Made by a program: the position numbers and the translations under genes
Notes under the pieces: generated by a model
The model's database searches: none
What the model was told of the DNA's origin: nothing
What the model saw: only the letters and a program-made list of their open reading frames with translations
Assembly: GCA_000146045.2 (NCBI GenBank)
Contig: BK006949.2
Coordinates: 544,001-608,000 of the forward strand
Reading direction: 5' to 3'
DNA from: TPA_inf: Saccharomyces
Lineage: Eukaryota
DNA length: 64,000 nt
Shown here: positions 28,269 to 39,061 of the stretch, piece by piece
Layout: each line of letters begins with the position of its first letter
Numbering within the stretch: position 1 is the first letter of the stretch

Positions 28269-28339
28269 GCGCAAGTGGTTTAGTGGTAAAATCCAACGTT
28301 GCCATCGTTGGGCCCCCGGTTCGATTCCGGGCTTGCGCA
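28269..28339 (+). tRNA. tG(GCC): tRNA-Gly (GCC)
   Basis: GCGCAAGTGGTTTAGTGGTAAAATCCAACGTTGCCATCGTTGGGCCCCCGGTTCGATTCCGGGCTTGCGCA is the canonical yeast tRNA-Gly(GCC). Confidence 0.93.
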
Positions 28340-29017
28340 ATTTTTCCCCCTCGCCCTGAAGGGCGTAACGTTAACGCTTCCGGTAATTTGCGAATAATTT
28401 TTCTTCCCATTTCCCCTTTCTTTTCCCTTTAACATGTGGAGCATAGCAGGCTCTTTACTTTTTTACGCATTCAGACAGTCGGGAGGTCAATTGGTGGTGC
28501 CGGTTGTGGGAAAGAGGTAATTTTATTTCCTTTATTGGACATGATTTCAATAGTCACATTGGGGCAGGAAAAAGAAAAGGGAGAAAAAAATTCAGTAAAG
28601 AAAAAAAATAAGAAAAAGAGAAAAGAAACAAGAGAGGGCTACAGATTTCTAAATATCCTTTTGCTGCACATTTTTTATTTACCTGCTAATTGGTCTTAGT
28701 AATACAGAGTCGTGCATTTCCACTTTATAAGAAAAAAAAAAGGGATAACAGCACCAGCACTTGATTGAAAACTAGAAAGTTCACGTTTTATAAGTCCTTT
28801 CCGTTCTCTTTATCAGTTATAATAAAAGAGCCAAGACAAAACGTGGCAGGGAAGCTTTTCCAAGGAAAAGAGGGTTGTAATATTAAACAAAAACCGTAAT
28901 CAAGCAAAATAAGACCCCGTGGTTTTTTATCATAGGAAAAGAGTTCTCTGTTGTCACTCTACCATATTTGACAAGAAAAAGGAAACAAAAGTATAGAAAA
29001 AAAAAACCTAAAAAATA

Positions 29018-31102
29018 ATGGTCTTGATAAATGGCATAAAGTATGCCTGTGAGAGGTGCATAAGAGGCCATAGAGTAACAACATGCAATCATACAGATCA
29101 ACCGCTTATGATGATCAAACCCAAAGGTAGACCTTCCACTACATGCGACTATTGTAAACAACTTCGAAAAAACAAGAATGCAAATCCTGAAGGTGTTTGC
29201 ACGTGTGGCCGGCTAGAGAAGAAAAAACTGGCACAGAAAGCCAAAGAAGAAGCAAGAGCTAAAGCCAAAGAAAAACAAAGAAAACAGTGTACCTGCGGGA
29301 CTGATGAGGTTTGCAAATATCATGCTCAAAAGAGACATCTAAGAAAGTCCCCTTCAAGTTCTCAAAAGAAAGGAAGATCCATTTCTCGTTCTCAACCAAT
29401 GTTTGAAAGGGTATTGTCTTCTACTTCACTTGACAGCAATATGTTATCCGGCCACGGAGCACTATCAGATACCTCTAGCATACTGACGAGCACATTTTTA
29501 GACAGTGAGCCGGGTGTTGGTAAAATTTCAAAAGATTACCATCATGTCCCTTCATTGGCCTCCATTTCATCCTTACAATCCTCGCAATCGTTAGATCAAA
29601 ATTTCAGTATACCACAAAGCCCGCCGTTATCTTCAATGTCATTTAATTTTCTCACGGGAAATATCAATGAAACCAACCAAAATCACAGTAATCATCAGCA
29701 TTCAAAATCAGGCAATAACTGGCAAGATAGTTCGGTAAGCTTGCCAGCGAAAGCTGATTCACGTCTTAACATGATGGATAAAAACAACTCTGTGGGTCTT
29801 GACCTATTAGGCCATTCAAAACGAATATCGCCGATATCAAACTCTCGTGTGGGCGAAGTTAGCGTTCCGCTAGAAGAATATATTCCTTCTGACATTGATG
29901 GGGTTGGAAGAGTTACTGATAAAAGCTCTTTGGTCTACGATTGGCCATTTGATGAAAGTATTGAGAGAAATTTCAGTACAACCGCAACCGCTGCAACTGG
30001 TGAAAGTAAGTTCGACATTAACGACAACTGTAATAGAATTAATAGCAAAAGTTATAGTAAGACTAATAGTATGAATGGAAACGGTATGAACAATAGCAAT
30101 AATAATAATATCAACAGTAATGGCAACGACAAGAACAATAACAACTCTTCTAGACAAGAACATCAAGGAAATGGACTATTTGACATGTTTACAGATTCAT
30201 CGTCGATTTCAACGCTTTCCCGTGCAAACTTATTATTGCAAGAAAAAATTGGTTCGCAAGAAAACTCTGTCAAACAAGAAAACTATTCGAAAAATCCTCA
30301 ACTTCGTCATCAATTAACTTCCAGAAGTAGATCATTTATTCATCATCCGGCAAACGAGTATTTGAAGAATACTTTTGGAAATTCACATAGTAATGACATC
30401 GGAAAGGGAGTTGAAGTGCTATCTTTGACACCGAGTTTTATGGATATTCCCGAAAAAGAAAGAGAAACGGAAAGATCGCCATCATCCAATTACATTACTG
30501 ACAGACCTTTCACTCGAAAACCTAGATCTTCTAGCATTGACGTAAACCATAGGTATCCACCTATGGCACCAACAACCGTAGCGACATCTCCCGGTGCATT
30601 GAACAATGCCGTAGCAAGCAATCTCGACGATCAACTGAGTTTAACATCACTAAACTCTCAGCCATCATCGATAGCAAATATGATGATGGACCCTTCAAAC
30701 CTAGCTGAGCAAAGTTCTATTCATTCAGTTCCTCAGTCAATAAACTCTCCGAGAATGCCTAAAACTGGAAGTCGCCAAGACAAGAACATTCACACTAAGA
30801 AGGAAGAAAGAAATCCGCTAAATAACATACACGATCTGTCACAATTGGAAAATGTACCAGACGAGATGAACCAAATGTTCTCCCCACCATTAAAAAGTAT
30901 GAATAGACCGGATGCCATAAGGGAAAATTCATCTAGTAGTAATTTCATAATCCAAGGAAATAGCATGATCTCTACGCCTTCCGGAAGGAATGACCTTCCA
31001 GATACCTCTCCAATGAGTAGTATTCAAACAGCGTCACCACCAAGTCAATTACTGACCGATCAAGGATTTGCGGATTTGGATAATTTCATGTCTTCGTTAT
31101 GA
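29018..31102 (+). CDS. HAA1: Weak-acid stress transcription activator with N-terminal copper-fist DNA-binding domain, 694 aa
   Basis: The N-terminus MVLINGIKYACERCIRGHRVTTCNH is a copper-fist motif. The 694-aa length matches YPR008W. Confidence 0.88.
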   Translation: MVLINGIKYACERCIRGHRVTTCNHTDQPLMMIKPKGRPSTTCDYCKQLRKNKNANPEGVCTCGRLEKKKLAQKAKEEARAKAKEKQRKQCTCGTDEVCKYHAQKRHLRKSPSSSQKKGRSISRSQPMFERVLSSTSLDSNMLSGHGALSDTSSILTSTFLDSEPGVGKISKDYHHVPSLASISSLQSSQSLDQNFSIPQSPPLSSMSFNFLTGNINETNQNHSNHQHSKSGNNWQDSSVSLPAKADSRLNMMDKNNSVGLDLLGHSKRISPISNSRVGEVSVPLEEYIPSDIDGVGRVTDKSSLVYDWPFDESIERNFSTTATAATGESKFDINDNCNRINSKSYSKTNSMNGNGMNNSNNNNINSNGNDKNNNNSSRQEHQGNGLFDMFTDSSSISTLSRANLLLQEKIGSQENSVKQENYSKNPQLRHQLTSRSRSFIHHPANEYLKNTFGNSHSNDIGKGVEVLSLTPSFMDIPEKERETERSPSSNYITDRPFTRKPRSSSIDVNHRYPPMAPTTVATSPGALNNAVASNLDDQLSLTSLNSQPSSIANMMMDPSNLAEQSSIHSVPQSINSPRMPKTGSRQDKNIHTKKEERNPLNNIHDLSQLENVPDEMNQMFSPPLKSMNRPDAIRENSSSSNFIIQGNSMISTPSGRNDLPDTSPMSSIQTASPPSQLLTDQGFADLDNFMSSL

Positions 31103-32551
31103 TAAATTTGCTTTTCGTCTCTTGCTTCTCTGTAACTGTAGTTTTCCTCCTCCCACATATATATATATATATACACTTTTATACACCTAATAATATCATC
31201 GGCATTATGATTGCTTATACATTTTCATAATCAATATTACTGTTCACCATTTGAATCACTGCAGAAATATGCACTGCGCCTTCTTTTTCTTTGCCTGAAG
31301 CACCCACACACAAGAACAGGAATGTGAATGGCCTCCCCATCTCACTTTTACTTAATAGTATTCTGACAATATAAGGTATCAGAGAGTAAGACCATTATTA
31401 GGCAAACAATAATCTTCAGAATTTTTAGTAGCGCATTCTCAACCTTTCTAGGTGCGTTTTTCTAATGAAATAGTATCGTTTTCCTTCCGCATTCCTTGCG
31501 TAGTTTGTTGTGTAAATATAGCAATAAGAAACCCTATAAATCATTATGATGTAACTCCCGATTCTTTTAAATAATTACATAAACTAGGAAGGCAAGTCCG
31601 AACACGCAGAGATGAGGTATTTGCACTCAATGACAAATCTAGGTTTAAACTACGGGGCTCCATACCTTATCTCTTCACTTATCAAAAGTAGGCAAAAGAA
31701 AAGAAAATAAATATAATTTCTTTTTCTGCAGGCAAGATTTTAAAAGAACTTGCGCGTCCTCTGTGCAATCTACCTGGGGAGTCTCGGGCTTTAACCGCTC
31801 CCCATTCTAAACTGCTTCCATTGACGTGTACTATACTGCTCACTTCTTGCTCTTCGAGCAACAAAATCTGTATTACGTTTCTTACACTAGTCGAGTGAAA
31901 GAGATAAGATACCCACTTTTACTTGCCGGGAGAATGGAAAAGAGAAAACGGAAGAAAGGGCTTAAATACATTTTCCTTTAATATGAACATCCTACTGTAA
32001 GATAAAAATTGGATGCTGATAATGGAAAGGAGACATGTACGGTATGTACGGCAAAACCTCGGCGGGTTTTCGCCGCTAGCTCATATATTCTTTCGTTAAA
32101 TTTTAAAATTTCTTATTCTAAATCTTCTTTACATGTTTGGAAAGAATTTATTGGAGAGAAAAATCTAGACCTGCCAAGCCGATAAACGAATGCCTGCGAA
32201 GAAATAGTGTAAATATTACTCCTGAAGGTAGAGTCATCTAGGCGGAGACGAAAACAAAGTTTAGCTTTTCGTGAAATTGCCCATTTCATGTTTATCAACC
32301 ACCAAAGGTTAAATGGAGGTTTGACAAAAGAAATTTTCTTGCTAAAGGTTAGCATTTTTTTTGGAATTTTTTTTCCTTCGACTGGCTGTAGTTGTCCTTC
32401 TATATTACGTACAACAAAAACTTTCTTGAATGAAGAATTAGTTCTATCATATAGACCATAAGAAAGAAAACGCACTTGGATAATTTTTAACAAAGAAGAG
32501 GGCAAACTGACGCTCACCAAGCTATTGGTTTGTTTGGATCAATCGTCAGAT

Positions 32552-33358
32552 ATGAAGCCGAACAATCGAACTTGTGATGTAATTACCAACAAAGATGAAT
32601 CTCTTCCTGCACTTTTGCTGCCTGCACTGAACAGTTACACCTGTGACGATTCATTGCTAAAAGGACAAATTTCAAGCAATGGCAGATATCAACCATTCGG
32701 GTTTTCTGATTGCTCTTTACTGCCAAAGCGTTTAAACATTCAGGCAGGGCAAGGATCTATGCCAGTTTCTTCGATTCAATGTGCAGACCACAGTTATAGT
32801 AATTGGCAAAAAGAATCCGAAAAGACTAAGCTTCCCAAGCTTGGTTGCCCAACAGAGTACACTGAATACTATAAAACTGTTTCTTCCGGCGAAACAACCG
32901 ATTCAGCGGTTGTTTCATCTATAGCAACGAACAGACTCAAAAGAAAACGTCAGAGGGACGGCCCAAGTTGTGACTCTTGTAGGATAAAGAAAATAAAATG
33001 CAATGCAACAATCATTATCTTTTTACAGGATAGGAACCTAATTTCATCAATTTCTTCAAATTTGCATTATACACTTTCCCAAGACGACATAAACCAGTTT
33101 CGAATGAAGTTTTTCAGGAAACTGCCTGACGTGATGGGCACATATGAAGTCATAAAACACCTTGATAAAATAGTCCTTTTCAAAGCCTGCACCTCTTGCA
33201 GTAGAAGAAACCAAAAAAATGGAAAGTGTCTTTTTTCGAGAGGATTTACAAAATCTGATATGAACGTATTTCCCAAGATAAATAGTAAACTTAAAGACAA
33301 AAGTATCTTCGAGATGACTGTCGATGATTATGTTGCCGCTGGCTTCCAAACCCTTTAG
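32552..33358 (+). CDS. SUT2: Zn(II)2Cys6 transcription factor (sterol uptake regulator paralogue), 268 aa
   Basis: A CDSCRIKKIKCN zinc-cluster motif is present. The known protein begins MKPNNRTCDV, which is Met10 of the longest ORF. Confidence 0.72.
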   Translation: MKPNNRTCDVITNKDESLPALLLPALNSYTCDDSLLKGQISSNGRYQPFGFSDCSLLPKRLNIQAGQGSMPVSSIQCADHSYSNWQKESEKTKLPKLGCPTEYTEYYKTVSSGETTDSAVVSSIATNRLKRKRQRDGPSCDSCRIKKIKCNATIIIFLQDRNLISSISSNLHYTLSQDDINQFRMKFFRKLPDVMGTYEVIKHLDKIVLFKACTSCSRRNQKNGKCLFSRGFTKSDMNVFPKINSKLKDKSIFEMTVDDYVAAGFQTL

Positions 33359-33584
33359 GTTTCATGCATGTAATTTCCTCCTATGTAAAATATAGGAATA
33401 TTAATAAAACGCACCAATAATAAGTTAGATATTTTTCTGCAAGATATAAATTTGTTTACTCATACATATATATTCTATTGCGGGGCGCTCTTGTATAAGT
33501 AATTCAATAAAAAACCTCTATATGATACAATTGACCAAGCCTTCATTTACCATTCTATATCAATTTGGAAAGAAGGGTATTTCT

Positions 33585-36500
33585 CTATTTGGGCTCTACA
33601 TTATAACGCAATCTTATACCCATTGCGGATAGCTCAGAGTCCAAGTACTTCAACACAAATGGTATGGCCACCGTAGTTGTTTCATTACCACCAACAAATT
33701 TGTTACCTTGTCCATCTTCCCAAATTTGAGAGTCGTCAATAAAAATTTTCTCTCCATCTTCTGATTTAGTCAATAGCTTCTTTGCATCTTCGAATCTCAT
33801 GGAACAACGACGGCAACAAACGGTGGAAATCGAACCAATTCTTGGCACACTCTGTTGCGTGGTCAAAATAGAACCACACTCGCGACATACGGATGCCTGT
33901 GTGTAGTCTGATGAATTTAGCAGACGATCTTGTAATAGAAAAGATGTACCATGCCCAATCAAAGCATCTCTTTCCATTTCACCGACACGAATACCACCAT
34001 GTCTCTTTCTACCTTTGACAGGCTGCATAGTCAAACTATTCACAGGACCAGTGGAACGAACTTGGAACTTGTCATTGACCATATGACGTAATCTTTGGTA
34101 GTAGACAACACCAACATAAATATCTGCCCTTAATTCTTCACCAGTAGCACCTGAGTACATTGGCTCATTACCATGGTAGTTGTAACCCGCCTTCGCTAGT
34201 TGCTCACCAAAGTAATCGGCTGGGGTATCGTCCTCGTTAAAGATCCAAGGTGTAGAGTCCTGTGCAATACCATGCAATGCCCCCGCTTTACCTGCTAAAG
34301 ATTCGACGAACATACCAATGGTCATACGCGAAGGGAAAGCATGAGGGTTAATGATGATGTCTGGTTGGATACCTGTTTCGCTAAAAGGCATATCAATGGT
34401 TGGCCATTTTCTTGAACAAACACCTTTTTGACCGTGTCTAGAAGAAAATTTATCACCAATTTGAGGCGTTCTTCTAATACGATATTTTATGCTAACAGTT
34501 TGTAGTTCTTGGAACTTATTGGATTCATCACCGATTAAATTTACCTCTTCGATATATGCTGGTTCAGAGGAGTGATATGTCTTGATTTTGGTCTTATTTA
34601 AAGTATCGTCAAAGTATGCGCAGATTGGATCACCCTCTTCAACATAAGTGCCAATGTATGGCAAACCATCCTCGTCTAATTTCTCAAGCCACTCCTTTGG
34701 CCATTCGTCATTCCCGAAACCAAAATGCTGTGTAATTGGGTCACCACGGTTTCTGTTAAGTGCTAAATCCACTTTCTCAGTCTTATACATAGTACCATAA
34801 CCGAAACCTCTTTCATCTGCTGATTTGTTTATAATCATTGCATCATCCATATCATAACCAGTATACGAGATGACCGCAACAACAGCATTAAACCCGTTTG
34901 GAAAGTTATCCATGCCATAATCATCATATAAATTAGCTTTTACGATAGGCGTTTGACCTGTTTGCAACCTATACAGCTTATTGTCGGAACGATGGCACAA
35001 AGCTACACCCGGAGTACCCATTGTTTGTTTACCCATCTGACATTGATACATGTTTCTTGGAGACTGGTTGAAATCAGAAAATGGAGTCAAATTAGCCAAA
35101 ATAGAAAGAATATTTGTGGGCGTAAATTCTACGTGTGTATGAACGTTATTTTGAATTTCTTGAGGAGTGACAGCAATGTTCATGTACACTTGCTCAAAAG
35201 GTCCAACAATGTCTTCTTTATCCAAAGGCAGGTAACGAACAGGACGCAGCATCCTAGAATGACCACCAAATAGGTAGAGACCTGGATATTGACCACGAGT
35301 TGAGGGAGGAACATATCCAATTTCTAGATCAATCGGTAACCCAGGCGTCTTGCCTTCAACTTTCCAATATCTCAATGTATCCGCAATGATCTTACCTTGT
35401 TCATGAGAGACCCAGCCAATAATTTTACCATCAATTTGAACACAACACAGAGAAGGACCAGCAGCAAAGGTGTGAGATGCCGGAGCAACACCAAGTGAGT
35501 ATAATATAGAAGGAATTCTTGAGACGTCAGATTGCTGAGTTGATATACGACACTTGTGCGCAAAATGGTTTAATAAACCACAAGGAGAACCATCTGGTGT
35601 ATGAACAGGGCACAGGAATCCCCACGACTCAGGTAGCAACTTTCTGACTGTGGTAGTTTTCAATTGCGCAAAAAAGGAGCCTCTATGAACCATTCTAAAA
35701 TGAGAGATAAAACGGTAGAAGTTAATTTTTTCTGCAACCACAGTATAACCAGAAACTTGTTGTAAATCTAACCCAGACTGGGACACCAGGTTACCAGTTG
35801 ATAAAAAGTATTGCATTTTGGAACCAATGTTTTCATTAACCCTCATTAAAACTCTTGACATGTACCTTTTGTCTTTGAAATTAATGGCCATACCACGGTT
35901 AATATCCATCCTGACTTGAGCAATAATATTCTGTAAGTACTCATCAATCTTTTCTTTTAGGATCATACCATATAAGAAACCACCCAAAAGAACTTCTTGA
36001 TGTTGCGTAGCATCTGGGTTATCTGGAGAACATTCGCCTGCAACCAAGGAATACAACTTTCTGATCATGAACAATAACATTCTGAATTTATCCTGGCTGC
36101 CATCCTTACCCAAATGCACGAGAACGATGCGATCAAGGACTTCTTGTCCGACTTCTAAATCAGATTGATCAGGGGAAGCTTGAAAGACAACACGAAATTT
36201 GTCTCCTAAATATTGCAAGACTTGTGTGCGATTTTGTAAATGAGGATATCTTTTCTTAAAACCACGTAACAGTAATTCTAAACGATCGGTCAAAAAGGAA
36301 TCCTTAACGTCATTACCAATAATACCATCAAAAATTTCCCTATCGCTGGTATGACACAAGGCTTTTAAAATCATAACAACAGGAACTAAATATTCATTTT
36401 TTCTCCAAGAAAATCTAAATGTAACTTGACCGTCATTTAAGTAATGCAAAACATTAGTTTGGGAAGTTTGATCCGGCCTGACAGATCTAATTTGAATACC

Positions 36501-37196
36501 GTAATGAGAATAGGATGCACCCCTGTTAGCGAAGGAAGGTCTGATGATAGCCATAGGATGATTTCTACGTTGCACAATCAGCATTCTAATAAGCTTTTCT
36601 ATACCGTTAACAATGAAATAACCACCTATTTCATCGGATTCTTCCTTGTGTTGTACCAGTTCATATGGTGACATCTTGTTCAAGTGACATCTGTTACTCT
36701 GTAGCATAACTGGTAGACCACCACAATCTCTTACTTCAAATAAGTTCTCCTCGCCATTGTTCACGGACCACTTCAACTTTAAAAGTAATTTACCTCTGTA
36801 AGAAGTAAGCCTTTGTCTTGACTCACTTGGGTAAACTTTTCTCTCTACTGCAGAAGAAACACCATCGTTAGACATTGGCTTCGCAATAGACACTTGTTCC
36901 ACACTAACAGAAAGCTTATTCCCGAGGTATCCGCTGTTGGATATTTCGTCTTCAGAATTGAGTGGTTTTCCATCAAATATAACTTTTTCACCGATGTCTT
37001 TAACACCAAGATTTAACAAACCTCCATCCGGACCTTCTGTTAATGCGTTAAAAGACCCAATATGAGGTTGAACAGCTTCCTGTAATAGTGGAAATGCTGA
37101 TTTATCCTTAGGTGGATTGATGAACCTAGATTCACGTTCTAAGGTACGGAAATCAGCAGTTCTGGCTTGGCCAGGCGGCTTAATCACTTTGCTCAT
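33585..37196 (-). CDS. RPA135: RNA polymerase I second-largest subunit, 1203 aa
   Basis: The ORF has conserved RNA polymerase beta-subunit blocks and a C-terminal Zn-binding CxxC…CxxC. The 1203-aa length matches YPR010C. Confidence 0.9.
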   Translation of the reverse strand: MSKVIKPPGQARTADFRTLERESRFINPPKDKSAFPLLQEAVQPHIGSFNALTEGPDGGLLNLGVKDIGEKVIFDGKPLNSEDEISNSGYLGNKLSVSVEQVSIAKPMSNDGVSSAVERKVYPSESRQRLTSYRGKLLLKLKWSVNNGEENLFEVRDCGGLPVMLQSNRCHLNKMSPYELVQHKEESDEIGGYFIVNGIEKLIRMLIVQRRNHPMAIIRPSFANRGASYSHYGIQIRSVRPDQTSQTNVLHYLNDGQVTFRFSWRKNEYLVPVVMILKALCHTSDREIFDGIIGNDVKDSFLTDRLELLLRGFKKRYPHLQNRTQVLQYLGDKFRVVFQASPDQSDLEVGQEVLDRIVLVHLGKDGSQDKFRMLLFMIRKLYSLVAGECSPDNPDATQHQEVLLGGFLYGMILKEKIDEYLQNIIAQVRMDINRGMAINFKDKRYMSRVLMRVNENIGSKMQYFLSTGNLVSQSGLDLQQVSGYTVVAEKINFYRFISHFRMVHRGSFFAQLKTTTVRKLLPESWGFLCPVHTPDGSPCGLLNHFAHKCRISTQQSDVSRIPSILYSLGVAPASHTFAAGPSLCCVQIDGKIIGWVSHEQGKIIADTLRYWKVEGKTPGLPIDLEIGYVPPSTRGQYPGLYLFGGHSRMLRPVRYLPLDKEDIVGPFEQVYMNIAVTPQEIQNNVHTHVEFTPTNILSILANLTPFSDFNQSPRNMYQCQMGKQTMGTPGVALCHRSDNKLYRLQTGQTPIVKANLYDDYGMDNFPNGFNAVVAVISYTGYDMDDAMIINKSADERGFGYGTMYKTEKVDLALNRNRGDPITQHFGFGNDEWPKEWLEKLDEDGLPYIGTYVEEGDPICAYFDDTLNKTKIKTYHSSEPAYIEEVNLIGDESNKFQELQTVSIKYRIRRTPQIGDKFSSRHGQKGVCSRKWPTIDMPFSETGIQPDIIINPHAFPSRMTIGMFVESLAGKAGALHGIAQDSTPWIFNEDDTPADYFGEQLAKAGYNYHGNEPMYSGATGEELRADIYVGVVYYQRLRHMVNDKFQVRSTGPVNSLTMQPVKGRKRHGGIRVGEMERDALIGHGTSFLLQDRLLNSSDYTQASVCRECGSILTTQQSVPRIGSISTVCCRRCSMRFEDAKKLLTKSEDGEKIFIDDSQIWEDGQGNKFVGGNETTTVAIPFVLKYLDSELSAMGIRLRYNVEPK

Positions 37197-37320
37197 CTCA
37201 CCAAATGCGTAATTCTACGTTTATTTGTCAATATTCTTGAGGAAGACTTGCTTGAATATTACGAGACAGCTGAAGTAAGTTTGAATAATTAAGAGATGAG
37301 ATGAGTCTCTAAGATGCGCT

Positions 37321-37331
37321 TGAAAAATTTT
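37321..37331 (-). promoter_or_regulatory. RRPE (rRNA processing element, TGAAAAATTTT) in the RPA135 promoter, adjacent to a 27-bp poly(dA:dT) tract at 37339-37365
   Basis: An exact TGAAAAATTTT lies ~125 bp upstream of the RPA135 ATG. GATGAGATGAG (a PAC-like GATGAG core repeated) sits at ~37294-37304. A27 follows immediately. Confidence 0.55.
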
Positions 37332-38061
37332 TCATACGAAAAAAAAAAAAAAAAAAAAAAAAAAACACTCGCAAGAGTAATCTCAATAATAATTTCCGTC
37401 ATTAGCGATTATAGCATGAAGGGAGGCCGAGAGGCCGCTTCTGCGGTATGATAATTAAGTGGTAGTGCAGAGACTCAAAAGGGCGCTGAGAATCTATTAG
37501 AAATGCCATTAAGTGCTTTGAACTCTTGTAGCATGTCTGCTTCTGTAGATATAACACTCTGATGCAGATTTATGAATAATTTCATCACTCGATGTCATCA
37601 GCGTCTTCCTTCATTTGATGCTTTTTTGAAGTTTTCATGGCATGATTTAGCATTTGAAATATAATGAGAAAAGAGCCCTTTAACTTACAGAAGTAAATGT
37701 ACAAAACTTAATCGGAGGAAGAAGCTTAAACATACAAAAACAACAGCAGGATGACTACAAAGAAGCCGTTAAACAAATCTTTTTGTCTCCGTTACTAATT
37801 CACTAATATAGTAATTTTGCTAACCTCTATCGTCATTGAAACTGATTTGTCCTCGAGAAGGCAACAATCAAACTGCAAAAGAAACGTAAAGCAACGACTT
37901 GAACAAGTAATCGCTAACCACATATTGAGATAAGCAGATAATCGCTGTTAAACGTCGTTGATACAGTCAGTCAATATGAATAGTGTAGTATTTTATCGTT
38001 AGGTTCACCTTCCAAATATTCGTTAGATAAAGATGTTTCGGTTTTTTATTTCAACAAAAGA

Positions 38062-38134
38062 GCCTTGTTGGCGCAATCGGTAGCGCGTATGACTCTTAAT
38101 CATAAGGTTAGGGGTTCGAGCCCCCTACAGGGCT
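38062..38134 (+). tRNA. tK(CUU): tRNA-Lys (CUU)
   Basis: GCCTTGTTGGCGCAATCGGTAGCGCGTATGACTCTTAATCATAAGGTTAGGGGTTCGAGCCCCCTACAGGGCT is the canonical yeast tRNA-Lys(CUU). Confidence 0.93.
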
Positions 38135-38372
38135 TTCTTTTTTATTGCATGGTCTATCATCAGGTTCCCTTAACCGCTGCCAAGAAAGAGCACGTGTAAA
38201 AATGGAATGATTATACATCAATTAAACATATAGTCATGGTGGTGTTGACATGTATATAATATACATTAGTTTTGTCATATTTGAAGAATAAATAATATTT
38301 CGATTTGTTCCCGACAATTATTGAAAATGTTTTAAGTGTAGATATTAATATAACAAATCATCAACATGGTTT

Positions 38373-38734
38373 TTAATCCTTATCTTTGGCAAGGACTTCA
38401 TCTAAACTAGATAATTCTGGGTTACCTGTCAATCTCAAAGTCTCGTCAGTTCTTAATTTCTTATATGTGAAGTATGTCCCAGAGCATAAAGCTACACCAA
38501 CAGCGAGAAATAACGGTGTTAATTCGACGGGTATTTTGTAGCCACCAGATGTTTTTTTCTAGTTTTTTGTTAGTATAATACTCTATAATCTTGTAGTTAG
38601 CATTCATAATCAACATAATTGTTTTCTTAGAAAGCATCAAGTCAGAATGAACGCATGATTATCCGTTTGTCACAATAAAAAGAAAATATCCCTTAACATA
38701 CAGCTGTATTCAACAGTAACTGTGCTGGTCTCAT
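38373..38734 (-). CDS. YPR010C-A: Spliced small ORF of 72 aa, a conserved single-TM (mitochondrial membrane) protein. Exon 1 is 38702-38734, the intron is 38559-38701, and exon 2 is 38373-38558.
   Basis: On the minus strand, ATGAGACCAGCACAGTTACTGTTGAATACAGCT is followed by GTATGT. The TACTAAC branch point is at plus 38570-38576. After the 3' AG, exon 2 reads [61 protein letters not shown]. The total is 219 nt, or 73 codons. It is not in the ORF track because it is split by the intron. Confidence 0.82.
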
Positions 38735-39061
38735 TTTTCTATATTTTTCTTTTTTTAAAGTATTGTCAGAAGTCGTTCAGGAAACTACCAAAATTAAATA
38801 AGTCTCAAAACAAAGTTAGCTTATACTGGTATGGGAAGAGTTATAGTTGCTTTTGAGGAGATGGCGATGCCTTTAAAGTCTGTTCTCATGCTCATCATAA
38901 AGTACGGGAAATCCCCCGCTTTGTACGATATGATTGGCCCATACTGCAAGACCGATATAAAGAAAAATAGACAAGTTAATGCTATATACAGGATGTCGTT
39001 CTTCAGCGGAGGGATCGCGTCATTACTTGGTTTTCGCTGACCCAAGCCTGTCACCTCAAGC

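Noticed and set aside
32113-32520. 135-aa minus-strand ORF in the HAA1–SUT2 intergenic region
   Set aside because: It has no start-context or domain support and overlaps the presumptive SUT2 promoter and 5' UTR. It is not a gene I recognise, and it is probably a chance ORF in an A/T-rich region.
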